From: a virus
Lineage: Duplodnaviria; Heunggongvirae; Uroviricota; Caudoviricetes
Strand: one strand, 5' to 3'
DNA length: 64,000 nt
Virus record (IMG/VR): IMGVR_UViG_3300021387_000463
Span: 267,001 to 331,000 of that record
Shown here: positions 18,163 through 27,563 of the stretch, one piece after another
Layout of the letters: each line of letters starts with the position of its first letter
How positions within the stretch are numbered: position 1 is the stretch's first letter
Program-made: the position numbers and the translations under genes
The notes under the pieces: generated by a model
What the model was told of the DNA's origin: nothing
The model's input: the letters and a program-made list of their open reading frames with translations, nothing else
Database searches by the model: none

Positions 18163-19803
18163 ATGGATAACAAAATGAATACAAATGAGCAGATTGCTAG
18201 AATGAAGGCTTTGATGGGATACGGTCTTCAAACTGAGAGTAAGAAAGCTCCATACAGCTCAGTAGAGAACCAGAAGACTGGTGCTGACGGTAATGTATAT
18301 GGTATTGTACGTGAGGGTACAAAGTACTACATCAAGTCTGCTCCTAACAAAAAGAATCTTGTAAAGGAAGATTTCAACTACATTGGTGGTTTCAGAAATA
18401 GAAAGGATTATCAGTATGATTCTTTCGCTGATGCACAGAAGAATTTTGACCTCAAGATGATGTCTCTTAGAGAGGCAGCTAACAGACAAGACTACAACAT
18501 TAGTTCTTGGGACTTGGAAAAAAAAGAAAATGTTGTAATCGAGGCAACTGATAAGATGAGAAGTGAAATTAATCGTTCACGTCAAATCATGGAGAATGCA
18601 ATGAAGATTGCAGAGGGCAAGAAGAAGGAATGCGCAAATGGTGTTTGTGACAATATCTCTAGCGAGGTTGAGGAGTGCGGTGACGCAACTGCTGCAAACG
18701 CTGGTTATACCGATGCATCACTTCCAAAGGAGTCTGGCATGATTGAGTCAGTTGTTAAGGAAGAGGAAGTTCTTGGTTGGAATCGTGGTAACGATGACTA
18801 TATGGATAAGTCTCATGGCACTGAGATTGGTGATAGCGCACCTTTTGACGGTCCAGAGGCTCGTAACATTGACGATGGTGACAAGAAGGTAACTAACACT
18901 GGTGAAATGAAGAATGGTACTGTTGAAGAGGGTGCTTCAATGCACGATTCAGACAATCAGAATACTCCAACTCCAGGTGTTGGTGAAGGTCCATCTGATG
19001 ATAACAACAAACCTTTCGATGGTGAAAAGGGTAAGAAGATTGACGAGGCTTTTGATGATTTCGGTGGTGAGGATGTTGACGGTGCTCCAGCTCCTGAAGA
19101 TGGTGAGGGAGAACTTGGTGATGACCTTGGTGCTGAAGGTGAAGGTGAGCCAATTGGTGACGAACTTAGCGATGAAGGTGAACCAATGGGTGATGACCTC
19201 GGTGGTGAAGGCGAAGAAGACTTTGCAAGCGATGGAGAAGGTGAAGACGTATACGAGGATGATGTTGAGTCACGTCTTAGCGCAATGGAAGAGCTTCTTT
19301 CACAAATTGCTGACAAGTTGGGTATTAGCGAGCCAAGCGTAGACGCTAGTGAGTATTCAGACGATGATATCTTCGGTGATGAAGGTGAAGATGATGATTT
19401 CGGTGATGAAGAGCCAATCGATGACGAAATGCCAATGGAAAGCAGACGTAGAAATGGTGTTCAGATTTACGAGACCAAGGCATTCAAGGCTGCAATGCGC
19501 AAGCAGAGAATGAACGAGGATGGTATGAAGCCATTTAAGGATGCAGGACGTGTTCCAAGTGGTAACATGAACAAGTTGGATGACTTCGGTAAGCACCCAG
19601 CATATCAGAAGAAGGTTATGGAACTTCCTCCAAAGGATATGAAGGAATTCCCAGATTACTATGATATGAATGACGATTCAGTTAAGAACGATACACCTTA
19701 CGGTGAGAAGATTGGTGACGGTGCTCCATTCGACATCGACCCACAAGCAATTGACAATGCAATTTCAGAGGCTTTCAATCGTTTAAAAAAAAACAGAAAG
19801 TAA
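18163..19803 (+). CDS. Acidic prohead core/internal head protein
   Basis: D/E/G-rich linkers, repeated IGD.APFD, many hydrophobic-x-E sites, late motif upstream. Confidence 0.6.
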   Translation: MDNKMNTNEQIARMKALMGYGLQTESKKAPYSSVENQKTGADGNVYGIVREGTKYYIKSAPNKKNLVKEDFNYIGGFRNRKDYQYDSFADAQKNFDLKMMSLREAANRQDYNISSWDLEKKENVVIEATDKMRSEINRSRQIMENAMKIAEGKKKECANGVCDNISSEVEECGDATAANAGYTDASLPKESGMIESVVKEEEVLGWNRGNDDYMDKSHGTEIGDSAPFDGPEARNIDDGDKKVTNTGEMKNGTVEEGASMHDSDNQNTPTPGVGEGPSDDNNKPFDGEKGKKIDEAFDDFGGEDVDGAPAPEDGEGELGDDLGAEGEGEPIGDELSDEGEPMGDDLGGEGEEDFASDGEGEDVYEDDVESRLSAMEELLSQIADKLGISEPSVDASEYSDDDIFGDEGEDDDFGDEEPIDDEMPMESRRRNGVQIYETKAFKAAMRKQRMNEDGMKPFKDAGRVPSGNMNKLDDFGKHPAYQKKVMELPPKDMKEFPDYYDMNDDSVKNDTPYGEKIGDGAPFDIDPQAIDNAISEAFNRLKKNRK

Positions 19804-20315
19804 ACGAAATAGCTTTTGAGGAGAGACCAACAAAATTGGAAATACCAAACAGCAACCCTCTAGGTGGTAGTGTTGATGGCATGGGTGATTTAGATAATGC
19901 TCAAATACCACCAATGGGTGCTGACAATATGGGGATGGAAAACCTAGCAGATGGTGCTCAAGGCGATATGCCTCTAGGCGAAGCTCCAATGGATACACAA
20001 CAAGCTCCAATTGGTGATGGTATGGAAGGTGAAGATTCAGAGAATGCTGAAATTAATAATGTGATTAATGGCATGAATTTGAACAATAAATTAAAGGTTC
20101 TTAACTATGCTAAGAGCATTGAAGATGATTCAAACGATATGCCTCAAGATGGTGGAATACCAATGGAATCAACCTTCAACTACAAGGGTATAATTGATGA
20201 GGTTATAAATGATGTTTTGGATGATTATGAAGGTACAAAGAGGCCTGAAGATACAATGCCAAAAGAGTATAGAAGTCAACCAATAACACCATTCCAATCT
20301 CCAAATTTTAAATAA
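19782..20315 (+). CDS. -1 frame extension of 18163..19803 (track ORF 19836..20315)
   Basis: -1 frame is open from the slippery TTT-A9-C; no ATG until 19881; same G/M/D-rich and PMES composition. Confidence 0.55.
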   Translation, partial: FKKKQKVNEIAFEERPTKLEIPNSNPLGGSVDGMGDLDNAQIPPMGADNMGMENLADGAQGDMPLGEAPMDTQQAPIGDGMEGEDSENAEINNVINGMNLNNKLKVLNYAKSIEDDSNDMPQDGGIPMESTFNYKGIIDEVINDVLDDYEGTKRPEDTMPKEYRSQPITPFQSPNFK

Positions 20316-20385
20316 GACAAAAAGGGATACTTTTGAGTGTCCCTTTTTTGTTTTGTGCAGATATTTATAAAGAAAATATGTACAT

Positions 20386-20847
20386 ATGAAAATATTCGTT
20401 AAAAAAGACAATAAACTAAAGCCACTTGGCGAAGGTAAAATCTATTCAAAGAGTCAGTTGAGGCTCAATGAAGATAAATTTTTAACTACTGGCAATGCAG
20501 ATAATTTGCGCCAAGCAATGAACCAAGCTAAAAAAGTTGGTTCAGAAAATCCTAATAGTGGTGGTTATCAAGTTCAGTTTGACCAATTAAATGGGCAAAC
20601 TGACTCTGGAGAGCATATTAACATAGATGCTTCAACAGAAATGACTGGAGACCAGCAAAGTGCATTAGAGAGGGTGTTTGATGACCCTAATATAGAGGAT
20701 GCTAAGTTAACACTTAAGACTCCACAACAGATGAAATCTGATAGCAATAATATTAATGGAATGAGTGAATCTAGAATAACTGAAATGAGGAAGAATTCAA
20801 TTCCATTTACTAAGAAAGAATTAAGCAACTTCTTAAGCTCTCTATAA
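20386..20847 (+). CDS. Hypothetical late protein, candidate head protein
   Basis: Late motif at 20361; LGE, LNE, MSES and ITE sites. Confidence 0.6.
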   Translation: MKIFVKKDNKLKPLGEGKIYSKSQLRLNEDKFLTTGNADNLRQAMNQAKKVGSENPNSGGYQVQFDQLNGQTDSGEHINIDASTEMTGDQQSALERVFDDPNIEDAKLTLKTPQQMKSDSNNINGMSESRITEMRKNSIPFTKKELSNFLSSL

Positions 20848-22520
20848 TGAAGAAGATATATCTTAAAGAGGATACAATTACCAATGTTTTGAATAAGAGA
20901 CTTTTACCTCAATTCTTATTCAAAAGAGTTAAGGCGCATGAGACATCATTGGGGGACAATAGCATGTTCCCTAGTGGTGGTGACTACCCTTTTGACTATG
21001 CCGTACTAAAGGTTAGATTCGGTGAGGTGTGCGATGCAATTGAAGAATTGGGTTTGGAAAGCCTTGATGAAGATTATCTTATGAGTGAGTTAAGCAAATC
21101 TCTTAAGATTTGTAAGGAAATGGAAGCCCCTATTAGAGAAACACTTGAGAAGGTTTGTGAGAATGCTGTCAATAGATTGTTTGCAATTCCAGAGGAAATG
21201 TTGAATCTTAAATGCAAGCTCGTTGATAAGATAAAGTTCAAGAATGCAATAAGGTTGAAGCCAGAATCAGATGATAAGATTACATACACATTTAATGATG
21301 TTTCAGATATTGAATTGTTTGACAAGGCTGTAGAAAAAAGACGTTTCATTGACTCATTGATTCAAGGCGCAGCATATACCTATTCAAAGGTATTGGGATT
21401 ATATATAGAGGATATTGATAAGATTAACAGAGACCTCATACCTTTGTATATGAAGATTATTACAATTAATGACTATCTTCTTTTCACCAAGAAAGAGGAA
21501 ATGAGTGACGTTAAACCAATGCAAGGTTCATACGTTGAGGTGCATCTTGGAGGTGTTGGCGAGAGAACAACCATAAAGGCTCAAGGCATTATATTTCCAT
21601 TGTTGCTTCAAGAGACCATTAAGGGCTTGTTTGAGCTATTCTCAGCGCATGGATTGCCAGAGGATAGGGAGAAAGCCATGTTCGTGGTTAAAAAGGCTGA
21701 TTTCGTCCTTGCAGAGCCTTGGGACTTGAGATTTGGCGTTACGTTATGGAATAAGATATTTGGTAGGGTGGAAGACACCAATATGATACCATATATGTTT
21801 ACAAGCCTTATTAAACAGCCAAATGAAGAGTTCAGTGCAAGCGTGAGGGAAATCCTTTCAAATACCAATAGGGGACGTAAAATAGTTGACAAGTTGATGA
21901 AGGATGCTGAATATGATAATGGCTATCAACAGTTCACCAATAGAATAAACGCAAAGAACATTGATAAATCATTAATCAAAGATTCTTATTTCACTGGAGC
22001 TGAGACAAATGGATATGAGATTGATTCAGATGAATCAGAGGGTGATGTGATTGAAGAGGGTGAAGATGCAGACGTAATGGGACAATATGAGGCAACACCT
22101 CAGAAGCCTATTGAATATTATCAACAGTTGGTACAATCTGCAACCGTAGAGAACATTGATTTCCTTGAGGGTAATGTTAATGGTGTTACTGAGGACTTAA
22201 TTGTAACCATTAATGGCGAGATTATACCAAGACAGATGATTCTCCTTATGGCACAGAGCGTTAAGATTAGAATCAGTCCAGAGGAAAGAGTGCCAATGCT
22301 TCAGATACACATTATATTGAATGAAGGAATCCAACGTTTAGGTTTAGCACCAAAGATATATACAAAGCTTATCTATGAGTTCGGTGCAATCTATAGCGGA
22401 GAGGGAAGAAGAATAAATAAGGAACATATAGCAAAGGTTTATGCAAAACTAGCTCAAAACCCAAATATTTATGTATATCATGATGATATGTGCTATATGG
22501 CAATGCTAAGACAACAATAA
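20847..22520 (+). CDS. Phage protein with C-terminal GNAT-like domain
   Basis: Leader MKKIYLKED; C-terminal HIILNEGIQRLGLAPKIY...IAKVYAKL resembles the acetyl-CoA-binding motif A. Confidence 0.55.
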   Translation: MKKIYLKEDTITNVLNKRLLPQFLFKRVKAHETSLGDNSMFPSGGDYPFDYAVLKVRFGEVCDAIEELGLESLDEDYLMSELSKSLKICKEMEAPIRETLEKVCENAVNRLFAIPEEMLNLKCKLVDKIKFKNAIRLKPESDDKITYTFNDVSDIELFDKAVEKRRFIDSLIQGAAYTYSKVLGLYIEDIDKINRDLIPLYMKIITINDYLLFTKKEEMSDVKPMQGSYVEVHLGGVGERTTIKAQGIIFPLLLQETIKGLFELFSAHGLPEDREKAMFVVKKADFVLAEPWDLRFGVTLWNKIFGRVEDTNMIPYMFTSLIKQPNEEFSASVREILSNTNRGRKIVDKLMKDAEYDNGYQQFTNRINAKNIDKSLIKDSYFTGAETNGYEIDSDESEGDVIEEGEDADVMGQYEATPQKPIEYYQQLVQSATVENIDFLEGNVNGVTEDLIVTINGEIIPRQMILLMAQSVKIRISPEERVPMLQIHIILNEGIQRLGLAPKIYTKLIYEFGAIYSGEGRRINKEHIAKVYAKLAQNPNIYVYHDDMCYMAMLRQQ

Positions 22521-22573
22521 ATGAATCTTAAGAGACATTTATATAGAAATAAGCAAATAAATACGTATTTAAA

Positions 22574-23329
22574 ATGGATAAGAAAATCATAAGACTAACT
22601 GAATCAGACCTTCATAATATTGTGAAGGAATCAGTGAATAAAATTTTGAAAGAATATACAGGAGATTTTGGCTACAGTGATGACCCAAACTATAACAAAT
22701 TTGCACAGCAAAATAGACCTCAGCAAAAACAGACTCCACCACTTGCTAACTATCAGCCAAAGAGACTTGGTGGTAATTTGGTGTCTAATGATGGTGGGGA
22801 ATCATATATGTGGGATGATTCTCAACAAAGGCAATTTGGAAACAATGGAACTGTAGAAGAATCTGCTGTAAACGAGGTAAAGTATGATGGCGTTTCATAT
22901 CACGGAACAAACCCTTATGATTGGGTAGATGTTGCTAAAGAGAGACAATATAAGGCAAGAGGGGAAGAAGATAAAGTTTCCCAATATAATAGAGAACGTT
23001 TTAAAGCAAAAGACAATGGTGACTTTATGGGTGCAGAAAATGCATCCAATAATGCAGATACACATAGGCAACAGTGGAGGCTTCAAAATAAAAAAATGAA
23101 TAGAAACTATGATAATGCGAAACAACTTGGATGGAAAGGTGTTGATTGGGAAGGAAATGGAGATACAAGATTAGGTAAAGCACAAGAATATTACAATATG
23201 GGTCAGAACGCTCAAACGCCACAAGACAGACAACGTTATAATAAAATGGCTCAAGATACATTGGGTGACGTAGAAGGTAGAGCACAAAAGAGTCTAAATA
23301 TGCTAAGAGCCGCAAGAGGGCAAGCATAA
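22574..23329 (+). CDS. Candidate internal head protein with IRLTESDL leader
   Basis: MDKKIIRLTESDLHNIVKESVNKILKE followed by a Q/N-rich polar region. Confidence 0.65.
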   Translation: MDKKIIRLTESDLHNIVKESVNKILKEYTGDFGYSDDPNYNKFAQQNRPQQKQTPPLANYQPKRLGGNLVSNDGGESYMWDDSQQRQFGNNGTVEESAVNEVKYDGVSYHGTNPYDWVDVAKERQYKARGEEDKVSQYNRERFKAKDNGDFMGAENASNNADTHRQQWRLQNKKMNRNYDNAKQLGWKGVDWEGNGDTRLGKAQEYYNMGQNAQTPQDRQRYNKMAQDTLGDVEGRAQKSLNMLRAARGQA

Positions 23330-23517
23330 CAATAACGAGCAACCTAACCAACTTGGTTGCTCGTTATATTTTATCAAAAATTGGGGTCTAATTGTATATA
23401 GTTGCCAAATATAAAGAGCAATCAGCAATGGTTGCTCTTTTTTTGTTTGTAAATATTTATAAATGAATAACTTTTCGAAACACTGTTATATTTATTTAAA
23501 TTTAGAATGTTACAATT

Positions 23518-25395
23518 ATGATTTACGATAGGCAAGAAATGAGTCGAGACTATGCCATGTGCTATGCCGACAAATCAAGAATTACATTTATAGAAAAGTA
23601 TTTCTCTACCTTTAATGCAACTAAGGGTAAGAAAACACAATTCCACTGTTTTCCACGTCAGAGAGCATTCCTCAAGGCTCTTGCGGAGAATAGAAACGTT
23701 GTTGCGATTAAACCAAGACAGTGTGGTATCACAACATTATCAAGTGCTTGGGCTGCTGCCCAGTGTGCATTTGCATCAGCAGAGGCACCTGAGACTGTGT
23801 TGTGTATTGCCAATAAGCTTGAGCAAGCGCAAGAAATTATCATCAAGGTAAGAGATTTCCTTGAGCAAGTTCCTAGATGGTATTGGGGTAACGATTATTT
23901 CTCAGTTGACCCTAATTCAGAAAAAAACACAAAATCAATTTTTTTAAAGGATGCAAAAGGTGAGTTGAAATTGTTCAATGGCTGTAGAATCATTGCACGT
24001 GCATCTGGTCCTAATGCTTCTCGTGGTATCTCTGCTGTATCCGTATTGATTCTTGACGAGGCAGCATTCATTGAGGAAGGTGTGGCTGCATTTACCACTG
24101 CTGCTGCAACTATGGCATCTAACCCTAATTCTAAGACTGTTATGGTATCTACCCCTAACGGTAGAGACGAGCTTTACTATAACACATATAGACAAGCATT
24201 AAGCCATGAGAATAACTTCGTGGCAGTACAGTTCCGTTGGTATCAAGACCCAAGATTCAACAAGTATCTTGTTTGGAAGAAGAAGAACGAGAATACTGGA
24301 GAATGGGAGTTTGACCAAGACCCAATAATCGATAGCGAGGGAAGTGTGAAGTATGATGAGGAAAGATGGGCTAGACTTGAACATAACGGTTGGAAGCCTA
24401 CAGCACCTTGGTATGATGAAATGTGCAAGCAGTTCAACAATGACTCAATGAAGATTGCCCAAGAGCTTGATGTATCGTTCATGGGTTCTGCCGACAACGT
24501 TGTTGCCCCAGAGTTCATTGAAATGCAAGAGAAACTTAACACAAGAGAGCCACTTGATGATTTCCATGACCCATTAGTTGAGGAGACTTGGTTCTGGAAG
24601 CGTCCTCTTGAGGGACACCGTTACATTCTTGCGTGTGACCCATCAAGAGGTGTGTCTGCCGATAGAACAGCCATTGAGATTATTGATATGGATGGAAGGG
24701 ACGAGAATGGTATACCTATCATTGAACAAGTTGCGGAATATGTCGGTAAAAAATTAGGTGATGACATCGGAGCATTGTGTTATCAATATGCCACAATGTA
24801 TAATGATGCTTTCATTGTTGTGGACTGTACTGGTGGTCAAGGTGATGCTGCTATATTGGCACTTATTAATATGGGTTATAAGAACATGTACTATGAGGAC
24901 TCTAACCAGAAGACATATACGGTTCAGAGGTCAACGAAGAACTATGATGGATACACGGATAAACTTCCAGGTTTCCACTTCCAAGGAAACCGTTATCCAG
25001 TACTTGCAAACTTCGCAGGACTTGTTCGTAACAATGAGTTCAAGATTCGTTCAGCTAGGGTAATCAATGAGCTTGAGACTTGGATATTCAAGGGTGAGGC
25101 AGCTAGAATTGACCACCAAGACGGTGCTCATGACGATACTCTTACAGCATTGGCTATGGGATTATTCGTTATGCAGTACACTGTCAATAGGATACAGAAT
25201 ACTGCCAATAAGGATAAGGCCATCCTTAATGCGTATATGATGAATCGTGCAATTAGTATGAATAAGCCTAAGATGAAGAGTGGAGAAACCATTGCTCCTA
25301 AGACTGGTTTACCTTTCTATAGTTCAAAGAAACGTATTGAGAAATATGATAAAATTGGTGGAAGTTGTATGTGGCTATTTGGGGGTATTCGTTAA
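23518..25395 (+). CDS. terL: Terminase large subunit (T4 gp17-like)
   Basis: KPRQCGITT Walker A, LILDEAAF Walker B, VSTPNG coupling motif, ACDPSRG..D and HDD nuclease motifs. Confidence 0.95.
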   Translation: MIYDRQEMSRDYAMCYADKSRITFIEKYFSTFNATKGKKTQFHCFPRQRAFLKALAENRNVVAIKPRQCGITTLSSAWAAAQCAFASAEAPETVLCIANKLEQAQEIIIKVRDFLEQVPRWYWGNDYFSVDPNSEKNTKSIFLKDAKGELKLFNGCRIIARASGPNASRGISAVSVLILDEAAFIEEGVAAFTTAAATMASNPNSKTVMVSTPNGRDELYYNTYRQALSHENNFVAVQFRWYQDPRFNKYLVWKKKNENTGEWEFDQDPIIDSEGSVKYDEERWARLEHNGWKPTAPWYDEMCKQFNNDSMKIAQELDVSFMGSADNVVAPEFIEMQEKLNTREPLDDFHDPLVEETWFWKRPLEGHRYILACDPSRGVSADRTAIEIIDMDGRDENGIPIIEQVAEYVGKKLGDDIGALCYQYATMYNDAFIVVDCTGGQGDAAILALINMGYKNMYYEDSNQKTYTVQRSTKNYDGYTDKLPGFHFQGNRYPVLANFAGLVRNNEFKIRSARVINELETWIFKGEAARIDHQDGAHDDTLTALAMGLFVMQYTVNRIQNTANKDKAILNAYMMNRAISMNKPKMKSGETIAPKTGLPFYSSKKRIEKYDKIGGSCMWLFGGIR

Positions 25396-25453
25396 GTAAC
25401 AAATATTTATATTTATACTTAAAACAATTATATTTTATAATAAATGATTTAAA

Positions 25454-27493
25454 ATGGCTAAAAATACAGTTTTCCAAGCCCTAGATAAAGCTATAAGCGG
25501 TAATTGGTCTTCTCCATCAACATCAATAGCAGAACCACATATAAATTCATATGATTTGAGTTCTAATGGTGGTAAAAATATACTCTACAAAACAACGGAT
25601 AGAGAGGATTACTTACAGAAGAAACTAGAGCTTCAGCAAGATAAGTACTTGAAGGACAGATGGGTTAAAACAAATGTTAACCTAGCTGTAACTGCATATG
25701 CTGGACTTAACAACGTCAAGTTGATGTATCGTGATGGCGATTTGATGGATGCATTTCCAGAGATTAGTGCAGCACTTGATATTGTTTCTGAGGAAAGTAC
25801 AATTGTTAATGACAAGGGAATGGTTGTTAATGTTTATTCAAAGTCAGATAGAATCAAGAGCATTCTTGAGGATTTGTTCGTGAATAGGCTTAACATCCAG
25901 TTAACTGGTCAAATGATTATTCGTGCAATGTGTAAGTATGGTAATCAGTTCATGTTATTGGATATTGACCATAAGAATGGTGTGAAGGGTTGGAAACAAC
26001 TTCCAGTGTTTAACATGGAAAGAATTGAGAACGGAATTCAGAATCCTTATGGTGCTGGTGCATCAATCGCTGTTAACGGTATCACAAAGGATGACGCAGA
26101 CCTTTCAACTCAGTTCATTTGGTTGGATGACAATAACTCTCAAGTACCATTTAGAGATTGGCAGATTGCACACTTCAGATTGCTCACCAACTCATTATAT
26201 TTGCCTTACGGTGTAAGTTATCTTAATGGCGCACGTAGACATTGGAGAATGCTTTCACTTATGGAGGACATGATGCTTATTTATCGTCTTGAGCGTTCTG
26301 TTGAAAGACGTGTATATAAGATTTTCGTAGGAGCAATTGACGATGCTGATGTTGAGGCATATGTTGAGAGAATTGCTAATGAGTTCAAAAGAACACCAAT
26401 TATTGACCCAGTAACAGGTCAAGTTGACCTTCGTAAGAATATTCTTGGAATTGATAATGATATATTCATTCCAGTTCGTGATGAGAATGCTCCAACTCCA
26501 ATTGATACTCTTCAAGCAGGTCAGAACATGACAGCTCTTGATGACATCAAGTTCGTACAGAATAAGGTGTTGACCTCACTTAGAATACCTAAGTCATTCT
26601 TGAATTTCGAGGAAGGTGTTGGTGACGGTAAGAATCTTGCACTTATGGATATTCGTTTCACTAGAACAGTAAACAGAATACAGCAAGCATTCTTGATGGA
26701 ACTTACAAAAGTGGCTTCAATCCACTTGTTCTTGTTGGGATTCAATGATGAATTAACTAATTTCTCATTGACAATGAATAATCCATCAACACAAGCTGAA
26801 GGATTGGAGATTGAGAATATGCAAAAGAAGATTGATGCTGTTAGAGACGCAGTATCAGACCCAGGAAATGGTCTTCCAGTTATGTCACAGACTCGTGCTC
26901 TTAAGCAGATTATGAAATGGTCTGAGAAGGAGATTAAAGAGAACCTTGAAGAGATACGTCTTGAGAAGGGTATTGCTGCTGAACTTGAGAAAACCACACA
27001 GATTATCAAGAAGACTGGTATTTTCGATACCGTTGATAGAATCTATGGTGAACCAGGAGCAGAATACATGGATGATATGCAAGGCGGTCAAGGCGGCATG
27101 GACGCTGGAGGAGGCGGTATGGGCGGTGGAATGGGAGCACCACCACCTCCAATGGGAGACGCACCTGATATGGGTGGAGATATGGGCACACAAGGTGATG
27201 ATGGTAGTGGAATGACACCAGCCCAAGAGGGTTCAATGCCAACTGCCGATATGGGAACTGACCCAAATGCACCAATGGAGTCTAGATATTCAAGCAAGCC
27301 ACTAATAAAGGAGCAGAACAACAAGCTTGATGAAATGTTTAATAAGTATCTCTCAACCTTGAATGGGCGTAATGAGAAACATAGGGAAACTGAATACAAG
27401 CGTGCAAATGTCTATGACGAGGACTCATTATTGATTAATGAGGAATTTGATAAGATGATTGACGAACTTGGTAAGTTTGTTGACAATGAATAA
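25454..27493 (+). CDS. gp20: Portal protein (T4 gp20-like)
   Basis: PEISAALD, SYL..ARRHWRML.LMED.MLIYRL.RS.ERRV..I.VG, IDTL.AGQN, L.IPKSFL. Confidence 0.92.
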   Translation: MAKNTVFQALDKAISGNWSSPSTSIAEPHINSYDLSSNGGKNILYKTTDREDYLQKKLELQQDKYLKDRWVKTNVNLAVTAYAGLNNVKLMYRDGDLMDAFPEISAALDIVSEESTIVNDKGMVVNVYSKSDRIKSILEDLFVNRLNIQLTGQMIIRAMCKYGNQFMLLDIDHKNGVKGWKQLPVFNMERIENGIQNPYGAGASIAVNGITKDDADLSTQFIWLDDNNSQVPFRDWQIAHFRLLTNSLYLPYGVSYLNGARRHWRMLSLMEDMMLIYRLERSVERRVYKIFVGAIDDADVEAYVERIANEFKRTPIIDPVTGQVDLRKNILGIDNDIFIPVRDENAPTPIDTLQAGQNMTALDDIKFVQNKVLTSLRIPKSFLNFEEGVGDGKNLALMDIRFTRTVNRIQQAFLMELTKVASIHLFLLGFNDELTNFSLTMNNPSTQAEGLEIENMQKKIDAVRDAVSDPGNGLPVMSQTRALKQIMKWSEKEIKENLEEIRLEKGIAAELEKTTQIIKKTGIFDTVDRIYGEPGAEYMDDMQGGQGGMDAGGGGMGGGMGAPPPPMGDAPDMGGDMGTQGDDGSGMTPAQEGSMPTADMGTDPNAPMESRYSSKPLIKEQNNKLDEMFNKYLSTLNGRNEKHRETEYKRANVYDEDSLLINEEFDKMIDELGKFVDNE

Positions 27494-27563
27494 GATAAAA
27501 GGCGTGGCAATAACTGTCACGCTTTTTCTGTTAAACATGATATTTATAAGAAATAATGTTTGA

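Noticed and set aside
18893-19596. Many 60-210 aa antisense and alternate-frame ORFs in the track (for example 18957-, 38814-, 50198+, 53710-, 56534-)
   Set aside because: They are shadow ORFs of low-complexity or biased-codon genes, with no motifs, promoters or leaders of their own.
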